Below are positions 1-9,087 of a stretch of DNA of 42,186 bases, one piece after another (the stretch's first letter is position 1; the number at the start of each line of letters is the position of its first letter). The notes beneath the pieces were generated by a model, which had not been told where the DNA came from, ran no database searches, and saw nothing but the letters and a program-made list of their open reading frames with translations. The stretch spans positions 1 through 42,186 of the forward strand of contig JBIJDM010000002.1 of assembly GCA_044344145.1 (NCBI GenBank), read 5' to 3'. The DNA is from Phycisphaerae bacterium (GTDB lineage Bacteria > Planctomycetota > Phycisphaerae > WQYP01). The translations under genes were made by a program, and so were the position numbers.

Positions 1-80
1 AGGTTTGCGCGAATTATTGCTTCGTTATTTAATACTTGTATTCGGATTTGGGACGGCAATAATGATACTGCGAGGTAAAC

Positions 81-464
81 ATGGAAATTATTTTACACAC
101 CCGCAATGTAGCCTGGGCCCAAGCCCTGTGCAATCATGTCACCCGGCGTTTCCGTCAGGAATTGGAAGGGTTGGAAGCGGAACTGGCACGGGTCAGTGTG
201 ATTGTGAGTTTCGAGCCCGATACACAGGGCGGGGCCTATAACTGCATAGCCACGGTACGGACCCATGCCAAGACCATGCTGCGTGCGTGCGACCGGCAGG
301 CCAATCTGTTTCTGGCGGTGGACCGCGCTGCCGCGCGGGCACGGCTGGCCCTGTGGCGCACGCGTCGGAATTCGGCGCTCGGTGCGGTACCGGAACTACA
401 CCAGATCAACATCAGTAAGACCGCGGCACGGGCCGGGAGCGCGGGGCCAACTCACCAGGTATAG
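81..464 (+). CDS. hpf: HPF/RaiA (YfiA)-family ribosome-associated translation inhibitor, short form (candidate)
   Basis: 127-aa ORF with GAGG 5 nt upstream of the ATG. The N-terminus MEIILHTRNV, the central VSVIVSFE strand and the C-terminal basic helix ANLFLAVDRAAARARLALWRTRR fit the HPF layout as I remember it. The 3' end overlaps the convergent gene by 13 nt. No search was run. Confidence 0.5.
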   Translation: MEIILHTRNVAWAQALCNHVTRRFRQELEGLEAELARVSVIVSFEPDTQGGAYNCIATVRTHAKTMLRACDRQANLFLAVDRAAARARLALWRTRRNSALGAVPELHQINISKTAARAGSAGPTHQV

Positions 465-1186
465 GACACGCCGGTGTAGAACAGCAGGCCGTCGCGGACG
501 GGGTTTTCCTCGGCCATGTAGGCGTCGGAGATGTGCAGGAAACGCATACCCAAATCCACCGACCACTGATCCGCCACAAAGGTTTTGATTCCGATTCCGC
601 CGGTCCAGGACCAGGAGAAGACCGAGCCTTCTTCGGGCATTTTACGTACCGATTGCAGAAAACCGCCCAGCAGTTCCGCATACGGATTCGGCACCCACAG
701 TTCATGGGGATTGTATTCATTCAGATAAACCCGCATCCCCCAGTAGAGGCCCCACGCGAAATTGGTGCCGTTCTTCTGATCCAGCACAAAGACCGGGATG
801 GGTTCCAGCATGACTTCCAAATGTTCGTTCCACATCTTGCCGAACCGGAAGCCCATTTGATAGGCATCACCCTCCCCCGTACCATCGCCTTCAAAACTTA
901 CGCACGAGGAACCGCCCCAGATATCCCAGTGTTCATAACCGACCTGGCCGACCATGGGCCAGAGGATGAATTTAAACACATCTTCCACGCCGTTGAAGTT
1001 GGGCTGGCCATCAAACCACGGCAGCGGGGGCAGCGGGCTGCGTGCCGGGGGCATGGTGGTAGAGGCCGCTTGCAGAGTGGGCACCGCCAGCGTATCCAAC
1101 TGCATGCCGGGGTCTGCGGCCCAGAGCGGACTTGAGGCCAATGCTACCGCCACCGTGAAACACGCTGCTATTGTCTTACGCATCAC
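452..1186 (-). CDS. Secreted outer-membrane beta-barrel protein, PagL-like acyloxyacyl hydrolase (lipid A deacylase) family candidate
   Basis: Signal peptide MMRKTIAACFTVAVALASSPLWA|A. The sequence is rich in aromatic/Gly residues in an alternating pattern. An HIS(D) motif lies near the C-terminus (FLHISDAY...NP), resembling the PagL His-x-Ser site. The terminal YTW is an aromatic OMP ending. Confidence 0.55.
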   Translation of the reverse strand: MMRKTIAACFTVAVALASSPLWAADPGMQLDTLAVPTLQAASTTMPPARSPLPPLPWFDGQPNFNGVEDVFKFILWPMVGQVGYEHWDIWGGSSCVSFEGDGTGEGDAYQMGFRFGKMWNEHLEVMLEPIPVFVLDQKNGTNFAWGLYWGMRVYLNEYNPHELWVPNPYAELLGGFLQSVRKMPEEGSVFSWSWTGGIGIKTFVADQWSVDLGMRFLHISDAYMAEENPVRDGLLFYTGVSYTW

Positions 1187-1232
1187 TGCTACTCCAAGTT
1201 AGAGACCAACCTGCACTGAGCAACACCCAACC

Positions 1233-2126
1233 TTAAAACGGATTGCCGAGGATTCGTTCTTCGGCATTTAAAGCCGTCAGATCCGCCGTACTGAGCTGCA
1301 CATCGGCCGCTTTCGCCGAGTCGGCAATACTCGCGGAACGGCTGGCGCCGGGGATCGGAATCACCATCGGCCCCCGTGATAATAGCCAGGCTAATGCCAC
1401 TTGGTAAACACTCACCCCCATACGCAGGGCAATTTGGGCGATCAAGGCGTGTTTACTGCCGATATTTTTGGCGCCGCCCATGCCATCGAGGGGACTCCAG
1501 GGGAGGAAGGCCATGCCGTGTTGGATGGTGTAGTCGAGCGTGCCATCCAAGTCGGGGTTGCGATAGTTGCGGGCGTATTGGTTCTGCAAGCTGACCACGG
1601 GCACAATCTTGCGGGCCACTTCCAGATCGGCCACGCTGTGATTGGACGCCCCCAGATGCCGGACCTTACCCGCTTGCTGCAGTTGGGCCAAAGCCGCCCA
1701 GGAATCGGCCAGCGGGGTCTGGGGGTCGATGCGGTGATACTGGTATAGGTCAATGGTCTCGACCCCCAATGCAGTCAGCGAGGCTTCGCAAAATTTACGC
1801 AGGCTAGCGGGGCTACCCTCACGTTCCCAGCGCCCTTCGGGCCGGGTAAGACCACCCTTGGTGGCCACCACGATGGTTTGGCGGACCGAGGCGGGTAATT
1901 GCCGCAAGGCTTTGCCAATCAGCCGTTCGTTATGACCAAAATCAGTATCGTTCCAGCAATAGCAGTTGGCGGTGTCAATGAACGTGACCCCGCAGGCAAT
2001 GGCGTGATGAATCACGGCGATGGCTTCGGCCTCGCTGGGCCGGTCCGGTTTCAGGGACAGGGGCATACCGCCCAGACCAACGGCACTGACGCGCAGACCC
2101 GATGAACCCAAAATGCGATACTGCAT
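1233..2126 (-). CDS. Aldo/keto reductase family oxidoreductase
   Basis: MQYRILGSSGLRVSAVGLGGM...FIDTANCY...ATKGG...LYQYHRID is the classic AKR N-terminal and catalytic pattern. The start is moved to the second ATG (2126) because AGGAG sits 7 nt upstream of it and only 1 nt from the first ATG (2132). Confidence 0.9.
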   Translation of the reverse strand: MQYRILGSSGLRVSAVGLGGMPLSLKPDRPSEAEAIAVIHHAIACGVTFIDTANCYCWNDTDFGHNERLIGKALRQLPASVRQTIVVATKGGLTRPEGRWEREGSPASLRKFCEASLTALGVETIDLYQYHRIDPQTPLADSWAALAQLQQAGKVRHLGASNHSVADLEVARKIVPVVSLQNQYARNYRNPDLDGTLDYTIQHGMAFLPWSPLDGMGGAKNIGSKHALIAQIALRMGVSVYQVALAWLLSRGPMVIPIPGASRSASIADSAKAADVQLSTADLTALNAEERILGNPF

Positions 2127-2213
2127 AACCATACTCCTGCCCGTTAGACCGGCTTATCAGATTACGAGACTGACAAGGTGGACATCATAACACAAAAAGG
2201 TGCCATTACCGCC

Positions 2214-2252
2214 AAAAAAAGCAGGGAGTGTGCCCGAAAGCACACTCCCTGC
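2214..2252 (-). terminator. Rho-independent terminator downstream of pckG
   Basis: On the minus strand: GCAGGGAGTGTGC-TTTCGG-GCACACTCCCTGC, a perfect 13-bp stem, followed by TTTTTTT. It lies 27 nt after the pckG stop. Confidence 0.8.
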
Positions 2253-2278
2253 GGGAGTCACAAAACTAGCACTTACCC

Positions 2279-4066
2279 TTACAGACGGCTGATCAGCAAT
2301 TCACGCTTGAAGACCATTTCCTTGGGCATATCGCCCGCGAGTTTCAGGAAGAGTTCTTCCTGACTCAGGACTTCGTTCTTGAAGTCTTCGTTGTTGACCG
2401 CCTGCAGAACCTTGAAATCATCCTCGGAAAGCTTCAGGCCATCGAGGTTGATATCTTCCGGCCGCGGCATCCAACCCAAGGGGGTTTCGACCGCGTAAGC
2501 CTTGCCTTGGCAACGGTTGACGATCCATTCCAGCACGCGCATATTTTCGCCGAAGCCGGGCCACATGAACTTACCCTGATCATTTTTGCGGAACCAGTTG
2601 ACCATGAACACGCGCGGGCAATCGGTCATTTCCTTGCGCATCCGGAACCAGTGAACCAGATAATCGCGGATGTTGTAACCGATGAAGGGCAGCATCGCCA
2701 TCGGATCGCGGCGGACGACACCGACCTGGCCGGTCGCGGCAGCGGTGGTTTCGGAACCGATGGTGGCACCGATGTATACGCCATGAATCCAGTTGAAAGC
2801 CTGGAACACGAGCGGAATGGTCTTGGTACGACGACCACCGAAGACGATGGCCGAAACCGGCACACCGGCGGGATCGCTGGCGGCGGGATCAAGCACGGGG
2901 TTGTTGGCCATGGGGGCGGTGAAACGGCTGTTCGGATGGGCGGCCTTCTTGTCAGAAGCCGGAGTCCATTCGGTGCCATCCCAACCGGTGGCTTTGGCGG
3001 GGGCGGGCATGCCGCTATCTTCCCACCACACGTCATAGGTGCCGTCTTCCAACTTGATCAACGCGACGTTGGTGAAGATGGTGTCTTTGGCCATGGACTT
3101 GAGGGCGTTGGGGTTGGAGACGGGGTTGGTGCCGGGGACCACGCCGAAATAACCCGCTTCAGGGTTGATGGCGCGGAGCTTGCCGGAGGCCTTATCCACC
3201 CACATCCACACGATATCGTCGCCGAGGGTGGTGATTTCCCAACCGTCTTTCTTGTACTGTTCGGGCGGAACCAGCATGGCGAAGTTGGTCTTGCCGCAAG
3301 CCGACGGGAACGCCGCGGCCACGTAAGTCTTTTCGCCCTGAGGATTCTTGACGGCCATGAGCAGCATGTGCTCAGCCATCCAGTTCTGCTGCCGGCCCAG
3401 ATAGCTGGCGATACGCAGCGCCAGACACTTCTTGCCGAGCAAGGCGTTCCCACCGTAACCGGAACCGAACGAGATGATCTCGTTGTTCTGGGGGAAGTGG
3501 CAGATAAAGCGACGATCGGGATTGCAATCGCCAATCGAATGCAAGCACTTGGTGAACTCATCATTCTGGCCCAGTTGCTTCCAAGCCACATCGCCCATGC
3601 GGGTCATGATACTCATCGAGGCGGCGACGTAGAGTGAATCGGTCAGTTCCACGCCGACCTTGGCCAGCGGTGAACCTAACGGGCCCATCATGAAGGGGAC
3701 CACATACATGGTCCGGCCCTTGTAGCTGCCTTCGAAGAGCGAATCCATCTTGGCATAGGCCTTCTTCTCTTCCAGCCAGTTGTTGGTCGGGCCAACTTCA
3801 TCCTGGGTCTTGGTGCAGATGAAGGTCAGATGCTCGGTACGGGCCACATCGTTGGAATTAGAACGGTGATAGTAGCAGCCGGGCCACTTCTTCTGGTTCA
3901 ATTCCACAAACACGCCGTTCGTGCAGCCTTGCTTGAACATCGCTTGACGTTCTTCATAGCTGCCATCGCACCATACGACGCGATCGGGCTTACAAAACTT
4001 AACCATTTCCTCAATCCATTTCAGGACATAAGGGTTGGTAATTGACGCAGGCTTCGTCTCGGTCAT
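2279..4066 (-). CDS. pckG: Phosphoenolpyruvate carboxykinase (GTP)
   Basis: Full-length GTP-PEPCK pattern including the P-loop FPSACGKTN, GDDIVWMW, and YFGVVPGTN. The start is placed at the ATG at 4066 (MTETKP...), which has GGAG 7 nt upstream. The track start at 4090 is a GTG extension. Confidence 0.95.
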   Translation of the reverse strand: MTETKPASITNPYVLKWIEEMVKFCKPDRVVWCDGSYEERQAMFKQGCTNGVFVELNQKKWPGCYYHRSNSNDVARTEHLTFICTKTQDEVGPTNNWLEEKKAYAKMDSLFEGSYKGRTMYVVPFMMGPLGSPLAKVGVELTDSLYVAASMSIMTRMGDVAWKQLGQNDEFTKCLHSIGDCNPDRRFICHFPQNNEIISFGSGYGGNALLGKKCLALRIASYLGRQQNWMAEHMLLMAVKNPQGEKTYVAAAFPSACGKTNFAMLVPPEQYKKDGWEITTLGDDIVWMWVDKASGKLRAINPEAGYFGVVPGTNPVSNPNALKSMAKDTIFTNVALIKLEDGTYDVWWEDSGMPAPAKATGWDGTEWTPASDKKAAHPNSRFTAPMANNPVLDPAASDPAGVPVSAIVFGGRRTKTIPLVFQAFNWIHGVYIGATIGSETTAAATGQVGVVRRDPMAMLPFIGYNIRDYLVHWFRMRKEMTDCPRVFMVNWFRKNDQGKFMWPGFGENMRVLEWIVNRCQGKAYAVETPLGWMPRPEDINLDGLKLSEDDFKVLQAVNNEDFKNEVLSQEELFLKLAGDMPKEMVFKRELLISRL

Positions 4067-4294
4067 GAATGAACTCCGTATACGGATCACACTTTACCTC
4101 TATTGGCCCGCGCACATACGCGGACCCAAAACCGAGGGCATAATATAGCAGGTCAACCGAGTAATGTATAGGGAACTCCAGATAATGTATGAAATTTTGT
4201 TCACCCTTTTACGGACTTGACGAAACCCCCATAAATACTGCATATTTGTTATTATCGGAGCGAATTTCCGCATATTCACAAAGGTTAAATTAAG

Positions 4295-4315
4295 CCGTTT
4301 GGGGTGGGCAAACGG
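4295..4315 (-). terminator. Candidate weak terminator hairpin after recO
   Basis: On the minus strand: CCGTTTG-CCCACCC-CAAACGG followed by CTTAATTTAACCTTT, about 30 nt after the recO stop. The stem is short and the U-tract is interrupted. Confidence 0.3.
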
Positions 4316-4344
4316 GACGAAAAGCCGCAGAATAGGACCCCTGT

Positions 4345-5121
4345 TCAAGCGGTGGTTTCGCGCACGATTTCAGGGCCCCAACGCCGGCTGCGCAAGGCCC
4401 GATCGCTGACGGTTTCCACACGCTGGCATAACAGGTCCAGCGCGGCCAGGGCGGCGGATGGGGTGACGGGGCGTTGTAACTGGACGGCATCCAGACTGGT
4501 CGGCTGGGTCAGGCGTTGCAGGGCGGTGACAATGCCACTGGGCAGGGCACCAGGTTGCGCCGGAGTGCAGGCCACGATCCCCCCCGCTAGCGCGTCCAAA
4601 CGAACCATTTCCCCGGGCCGGAACATGCGCCCGGTGACCATGCAGCGATCGTAGACCAGCGCGTAGCCCGCTGCGGCGAGGGCATATTTCAAATACGACA
4701 AAACCACCCGGGCTGGTGCAGTGTGCGGGAGTAGCGTCAAAGCGGCCTCCAGTTCGCGCAGCCAGGTGGGCGTGACATCGCCGGGAGGCAGCAACGTGAG
4801 GGTGACATCGGCCAGCAGCGCGGCGGCGTAGTAGGCGGGGAGATTGCCGCGCAGCTCGCGGCGGGGCTGCAACAATTCCCAACCGGACAACAGACCCATG
4901 GCCCCAGGTTGGCGCGCGGGCAGCACCAGCACTTCACCGCCGGCGAGAAAATCCAACGGGCCGGAAAAACTGCCGGAAAAACCTTTGCGAGTCTGGCGTT
5001 TGGCGCCCTTGGCCAGCAGCGTCAACAATCCGTGGGCGCCGGTGAGTACGGTGACCACTTGCGAGGTTTCTGAGTAATCAATAATGTCCAGGCAGATGGC
5101 CTGATCGTGCCAGGTAGACAT
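4345..5121 (-). CDS. recO: DNA repair/recombination mediator RecO
   Basis: N-terminal OB-fold pattern (AICLDIIDYSETSQVVTVLTGAHGLLTLLAKGAKR) and a length typical of RecO. The ATG at 5121 is preferred over the GTG at 5127. Confidence 0.8.
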   Translation of the reverse strand: MSTWHDQAICLDIIDYSETSQVVTVLTGAHGLLTLLAKGAKRQTRKGFSGSFSGPLDFLAGGEVLVLPARQPGAMGLLSGWELLQPRRELRGNLPAYYAAALLADVTLTLLPPGDVTPTWLRELEAALTLLPHTAPARVVLSYLKYALAAAGYALVYDRCMVTGRMFRPGEMVRLDALAGGIVACTPAQPGALPSGIVTALQRLTQPTSLDAVQLQRPVTPSAALAALDLLCQRVETVSDRALRSRRWGPEIVRETTA

Positions 5122-5218
5122 AAACACACGAATCCTTTGGTATCATTGTACGTTGCGGGTATGATGATGCCAGAGTAACGGGTGGGAAGCCCGGAGATTT
5201 TTTACACCGGTAGTCGTC

Positions 5219-6001
5219 ATGACCACACACCAACAGTTGCACATCAAGGTCCTCGGTTCGGGCACCTCGGCGGGGGTGCCGATGATCGGCTGTCATTGCC
5301 CGGTGTGCCGCAGCCCCGATCCGCGCGATCGGCGCAACCGCTGTGCACTGGCGATCCGTTATGGCCCGCACACGATCCTGGTGGATACCCCCCCGGAATT
5401 GCGGCTGCAGGCGGTGACGCACGGGGTGGACCGGATTGATGCCATCGTGATGACCCATGCCCATGCCGATCATATATTCGGGCTCGATGATGTGCGGCGG
5501 TTCAATACTATTCTCGGCGCCCCCCTGCCCCTGTATGCCAACGCGGAAACGCTGACGGTCATCCAACGCTGTTTCGGCTATGCCTTTGCCAAGCCGGACT
5601 TTCCCGGGGTGTATCGGCCGGAACTGGTGCCGGAATTGATTCAGGGACCGTTTGATCTGCTGGGCCGGCATTGGCTGCCGGTGCCGATGGTGCATGGCCG
5701 TACGCTGGTGTATGGGTACCGGGTCGGCAACTTTGCGTATTGCACGGATTGCAATGAAATTCCGGACACGTCGCGGGCGCTGCTGAAGGGGTTGGATGTG
5801 CTGATTCTGGGGGCCCTGCGGCCCAAGCCGCATCCGGCGCATTTGAGTTTCTCTCAAGCACTGGACCTGGTGGCGGAATTGCAACCCAAGCGAACCTGGT
5901 TCACGCATTTATCCCATGACCTGCGACATGCCGAGATTGAAGCGGACCTGCCCGAGCATGTGCGGGTGAGTTATGACGGGTTGGAGATTGTGTCGGAGTA
6001 G
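5219..6001 (+). CDS. MBL-fold metallo-hydrolase (PhnP/PqqB-like subgroup)
   Basis: KVLGSGTSAGVPMIGCHCPVCRS (an N-terminal Cys-rich Zn knuckle as in PhnP-type enzymes) plus the metallo-beta-lactamase motif THAHADH. Confidence 0.85.
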   Translation: MTTHQQLHIKVLGSGTSAGVPMIGCHCPVCRSPDPRDRRNRCALAIRYGPHTILVDTPPELRLQAVTHGVDRIDAIVMTHAHADHIFGLDDVRRFNTILGAPLPLYANAETLTVIQRCFGYAFAKPDFPGVYRPELVPELIQGPFDLLGRHWLPVPMVHGRTLVYGYRVGNFAYCTDCNEIPDTSRALLKGLDVLILGALRPKPHPAHLSFSQALDLVAELQPKRTWFTHLSHDLRHAEIEADLPEHVRVSYDGLEIVSE

Positions 6002-6071
6002 GACCGACGCGGCCGTCCCCAAGTCAACGTGTAAACATCCACACCGCAAAGTCCCACTAAAATATCCCTAT

Positions 6072-6107
6072 AAAAATAAAAAGACCCGCATGTTAGCCAT
6101 GCGGGTC
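6072..6107 (-). terminator. Rho-independent terminator ending the pilus/secretin operon
   Basis: On the minus strand: GACCCGCATG-GCTAA-CATGCGGGTC, a perfect 10-bp stem, followed by TTTTTATTTTT. It lies 26 nt after the secretin stop. It sits between convergent genes, so it may also act weakly on the plus-strand MBL gene, which has no T-tract on that side. Confidence 0.85.
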
Positions 6108-6132
6108 TCGTGGGCATCAATGGTATGGCGAT

Positions 6133-9087
6133 TTACTTGGATTCGCCGGGAGCAATCAGATCGTAGTTCTTGCCGAACTGAGCTTCTTCCGCTTCGCGCT
6201 GGATGATGATCTTGGGACGGATCAGAATCAGCAGGGTGCGTTCTTCCTTGACATAGGTACGGTTGGTGAAGAGCCGACCGAGGCCGGGAATCTTGGACAG
6301 GAAGGGGACGCCGGTTTCCTGCTCTGCTTCGCCGATCATCTTCTGACCGCCGATCAGGAGGGTGCCACCATCGGGGATGGACACCATGGTCACAACGGTC
6401 TGGTATTGCACGCGGGGCATCAATATGTTAGAGCTTGACTGCGTGGCAGCGCTATTACCGGAACCACCATTACCGGTACCACCATTATCGGTACCACCAT
6501 TACCGTTGCCACCATTATTAATCGTATTGGAATTGTTCGTGAAAGAATCCATACCGATCAATTGCGAGAATTGCGGACGAACCTGCATCACCACATAACG
6601 GCGATCCGCAGATACCGTAGCCAATACATCCAGCACCACACCAGTATTGAGGGTACTCACGGACAAGTTGGTGGCCACCGCCGCGCCATTAAAGCCACTG
6701 CCCGCAGCGGCATTTTGCGAGGAATTGGACACATAATTCTGCTGTTGCAGCAGGGCGATGTAACCACGCTGACCATTGAACAGGGTCACACGCGGGGCGG
6801 TCACCGTGGAAACACGGCGATCGGCCTGAGTGGCCCGCATCAGAAGATTGAGCTGATAGCCATCCAGAGTCAGATCACCCACCGAGGTATTGAGGTTCAT
6901 GGAGTTATTGGACGAACCACCGCCCAATTGTCCAACAAGCGTGCCGGGCAAACCGGTAGTCTGCGGATTGTTGAAGATGGTAGTGCCGGTACCACTGCCC
7001 GTGGTCTGCGAAGTTATGCCGGTAGCGCCCAAGCTACCCAAAATACGGCTGGGGGCGAGTTGGAGATTCCAGCCAAAACCAAAGTCATCCATGAAGCTGT
7101 TGTCCACGAGCAACAACCGAGCTTCGATGGCGATCTGCACCGCCCGCGATTCGCGGAGCTGCTGGAGCAGATTCCACACGGCAACCTGATTATCCAACGA
7201 CTGATTGACAATCAAATTGCCACCAAGTTCGCGGACCGAACCCGAGCCCCCGCCAGCATCCCAGCTGGTGGGATCCACAATGGCAGTCAGGGTTTCGTTG
7301 ATTTCCTTGACAATTTCTTCGCGGGTTTTGGGCTGTGGTCCGGTCTGCTGTTGCTGCTGACCAAACAGTCCACCACCGCCACCGCCCTGCCCGGAAGTGC
7401 CACCGCTACCGCCCTGCCCGGAAGTGCCACCCTGTAAGGACGAGGTCAAATCAAGCTGGGGAGCAGCAACATTGGTATCGGGCTGGACCAGCAGATCGCG
7501 GATGTCATACACCCGGACCACGCGGTATTTGGCCGAACTCAAATCTTCTTTCGTGGTGATGGTGATGACCCCATCATCCACGGTGTAACTCAGGGCGTTG
7601 GGATTGGCCCCGCCCGCTTCGGAGAGTACATATTGCAGCGCCTTACGCAGGGGCACATCACGCAGCCCCACGGTGATGGCGATATTACGGTCCACACCTG
7701 CGGCGGTCAGGGCATTCCAATTCACGGACATGTTGACGCCGGTTTCTTCCCGCAGATAGGCGATGACGCGTTCGAAGGGCTGTTGTTCCGCGACCAGATC
7801 CCGGATGTTTTCATCCAATCGCTGGCGAATTTTCTGATTGGCGCCCGAGTCGTGCTTGAGCTGCTCGCTGGTGCGCTTGGCGGAGAGTTCCGGCCACTGT
7901 TCGGGGTAGATCAGCAAACGGCTGTAGGGTGTGAGAAGTTCTTCATTAGCAATCTGCTGCTGGACCATTTCCTTGGAGCGGTTCTTGCGCACCCGGGCCA
8001 CTTCCACATAATTGATGCGATCTTCGATCAGATCAAGCTGGAATTTGGCGTTGCTGTTCTGGGGATCAATCACCAAAACCTGACGCAGGCTGTCGGCAGC
8101 CTGTTCCAGTTGCTGAAGCTTGTAGGCTTCGCGCGACTGGGTCATGAGCTGATCAACCTGTTTGCTCCGCTTGACCGCGCGTTCGGCGGCCTGCTGTTTT
8201 TCAATTTGTTCGAGCTTGGTATTGCGGTCTTTGGCGATGCCGTTTTCATAATTCTCGCGGCTGGCCTTGATCGTTGCGAGCTGTTGTTCGGCCTGGGCGC
8301 GGAGATTGTTGTAGTCGGTGTCCGAGAAGAAACGCCGATTGGTTTCCACCTGGGTCAGGGCTTCGTTGGTGCGGGCATCGGCCGCTGTGAAATCTTTGCG
8401 GTCCAACGCGCTCTTGCCTTCCTTGAGGGCGTGGTTATAACGGACCATCGCGGCCTGCTGATTGACGCGGAACTGGTTCACCAGTTCACCCATAATGTCA
8501 CCGCTGGAGGCGGGCATGGGGGCGGCGGGAGCGGCTGCGGGGGCTTCCACCACGGGGCCGGGGGCGGCCACGGTGGCGGCATCGGAGGCCGTGGTCACAG
8601 CCACGGTGCTGGCGACCTGCTTCTGGGCCAGCAACTGCCGGAGCCGCGCGGGCTTGGCATTATCCTGCCAACCCAGATCAGCCCCGACCGCTTCCACGCC
8701 ATCAAGGGCGGCAGTGGCATCGGGGTAACGACCCGCCTCAAAGGCGGTCTGGGCATCGGCCAACAAGGCCTTCATTTGGGGAATCTTGGTTTGCTGCTGT
8801 TCCCGGACGAGGGCCAGTTCGATACGGGCCTGCTGACGCGTGGCATCAGACTGGCTGGCATCATCGGCCACCGTCTGGAATTGCAGACTGGCTTGGGCCA
8901 GTTGCCCGGCCGACTGGGCCTGACGGGCACTATCCAGACTTACTTTAGCTGGTACGGTTTGACCCGGAGCCGCCACCGGGGCGGCCGCCCACGTCATACC
9001 AATGGCACCCACCAGAGTGGTGCCGACCAACGACATTGCCAAAATCCGCGAGCGAAGACTCGTACTCAAAGCCGTACTCCTAGTCAC
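6133..9087 (-). CDS. pilQ: Secretin-family outer-membrane channel (type IV pilus / type II secretion family) with a long N-terminal extension
   Basis: The C-terminal secretin signature is ETGVPFLSKIPGLGRLFTNRTYVKEERTLLILIRPKII, and the secretin core begins at AVQIAIEARLLLVD. There is a signal-peptide-like N-terminus, a ~450-aa Ala/Gln-rich helical N-terminal region, and two Gly-rich low-complexity linkers. The track start is a GTG at 9087. An alternative TTG at 9069 has AGGAG 7 nt upstream. Confidence 0.9.
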   Translation of the reverse strand: MTRSTALSTSLRSRILAMSLVGTTLVGAIGMTWAAAPVAAPGQTVPAKVSLDSARQAQSAGQLAQASLQFQTVADDASQSDATRQQARIELALVREQQQTKIPQMKALLADAQTAFEAGRYPDATAALDGVEAVGADLGWQDNAKPARLRQLLAQKQVASTVAVTTASDAATVAAPGPVVEAPAAAPAAPMPASSGDIMGELVNQFRVNQQAAMVRYNHALKEGKSALDRKDFTAADARTNEALTQVETNRRFFSDTDYNNLRAQAEQQLATIKASRENYENGIAKDRNTKLEQIEKQQAAERAVKRSKQVDQLMTQSREAYKLQQLEQAADSLRQVLVIDPQNSNAKFQLDLIEDRINYVEVARVRKNRSKEMVQQQIANEELLTPYSRLLIYPEQWPELSAKRTSEQLKHDSGANQKIRQRLDENIRDLVAEQQPFERVIAYLREETGVNMSVNWNALTAAGVDRNIAITVGLRDVPLRKALQYVLSEAGGANPNALSYTVDDGVITITTKEDLSSAKYRVVRVYDIRDLLVQPDTNVAAPQLDLTSSLQGGTSGQGGSGGTSGQGGGGGGLFGQQQQQTGPQPKTREEIVKEINETLTAIVDPTSWDAGGGSGSVRELGGNLIVNQSLDNQVAVWNLLQQLRESRAVQIAIEARLLLVDNSFMDDFGFGWNLQLAPSRILGSLGATGITSQTTGSGTGTTIFNNPQTTGLPGTLVGQLGGGSSNNSMNLNTSVGDLTLDGYQLNLLMRATQADRRVSTVTAPRVTLFNGQRGYIALLQQQNYVSNSSQNAAAGSGFNGAAVATNLSVSTLNTGVVLDVLATVSADRRYVVMQVRPQFSQLIGMDSFTNNSNTINNGGNGNGGTDNGGTGNGGSGNSAATQSSSNILMPRVQYQTVVTMVSIPDGGTLLIGGQKMIGEAEQETGVPFLSKIPGLGRLFTNRTYVKEERTLLILIRPKIIIQREAEEAQFGKNYDLIAPGESK
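6454..6520. repeat. 15-bp in-frame tandem repeat (~4.4 copies) inside the secretin gene
   Basis: The units are attaccggaaccacc / attaccggtaccacc / attatcggtaccacc / attaccgttgccacc / attatta... They encode the GN-rich tract NGGNGNGGTDNGGTGNGGSGN. Confidence 0.9.
7381..7434. repeat. 27-bp in-frame tandem duplication inside the secretin gene
   Basis: accgccctgcccggaagtgccaccgct is followed directly by accgccctgcccggaagtgccaccctg. This encodes GGTSGQGGSGGTSGQGG within a Gly/Gln linker. Confidence 0.9.

Noticed and set aside
1-80. Possible sigma54 promoter (TTGCGCG-N5-TTGCTT) upstream of the HPF-like gene
   Set aside because: The nearly invariant GG of the -24 element is missing, so the resemblance is superficial.
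5-241. 78-aa plus-strand ORF at the window start
   Set aside because: It has a TTG start and overlaps the better-supported HPF-like frame and its RBS. No motif is present.
533-1135. 200-aa plus-strand ORF opposite the PagL-like OMP gene
   Set aside because: The minus-strand frame has a signal peptide and an OMP-like aromatic C-terminus. The plus-strand frame has neither and is compositionally odd.
2507-3637. 376-aa plus-strand ORF, with several smaller ones, inside the pckG region
   Set aside because: It is antisense to an unmistakable GTP-PEPCK gene. The translation is Gly/Arg/His-rich low-complexity sequence typical of the wrong frame in high-GC DNA.
4100-4348. 82-aa minus-strand ORF filling the recO-pckG spacer
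   Set aside because: It spans an AT-rich promoter-like region, has no RBS, and has atypical composition for this genome. It is more likely non-coding. A small RNA cannot be excluded but nothing supports one.
5078-5908. 276-aa minus-strand ORF opposite the MBL-fold hydrolase gene
   Set aside because: It is antisense to a CDS carrying a clear HAHADH motif. It is Arg/Pro/His/Gln-rich and looks non-protein-like.
6454-7434. Short tandem repeats considered as a possible CRISPR or other non-coding array
   Set aside because: The repeats are contiguous with no spacers, are multiples of 3 nt, and sit inside an open secretin reading frame encoding Gly-rich linkers.
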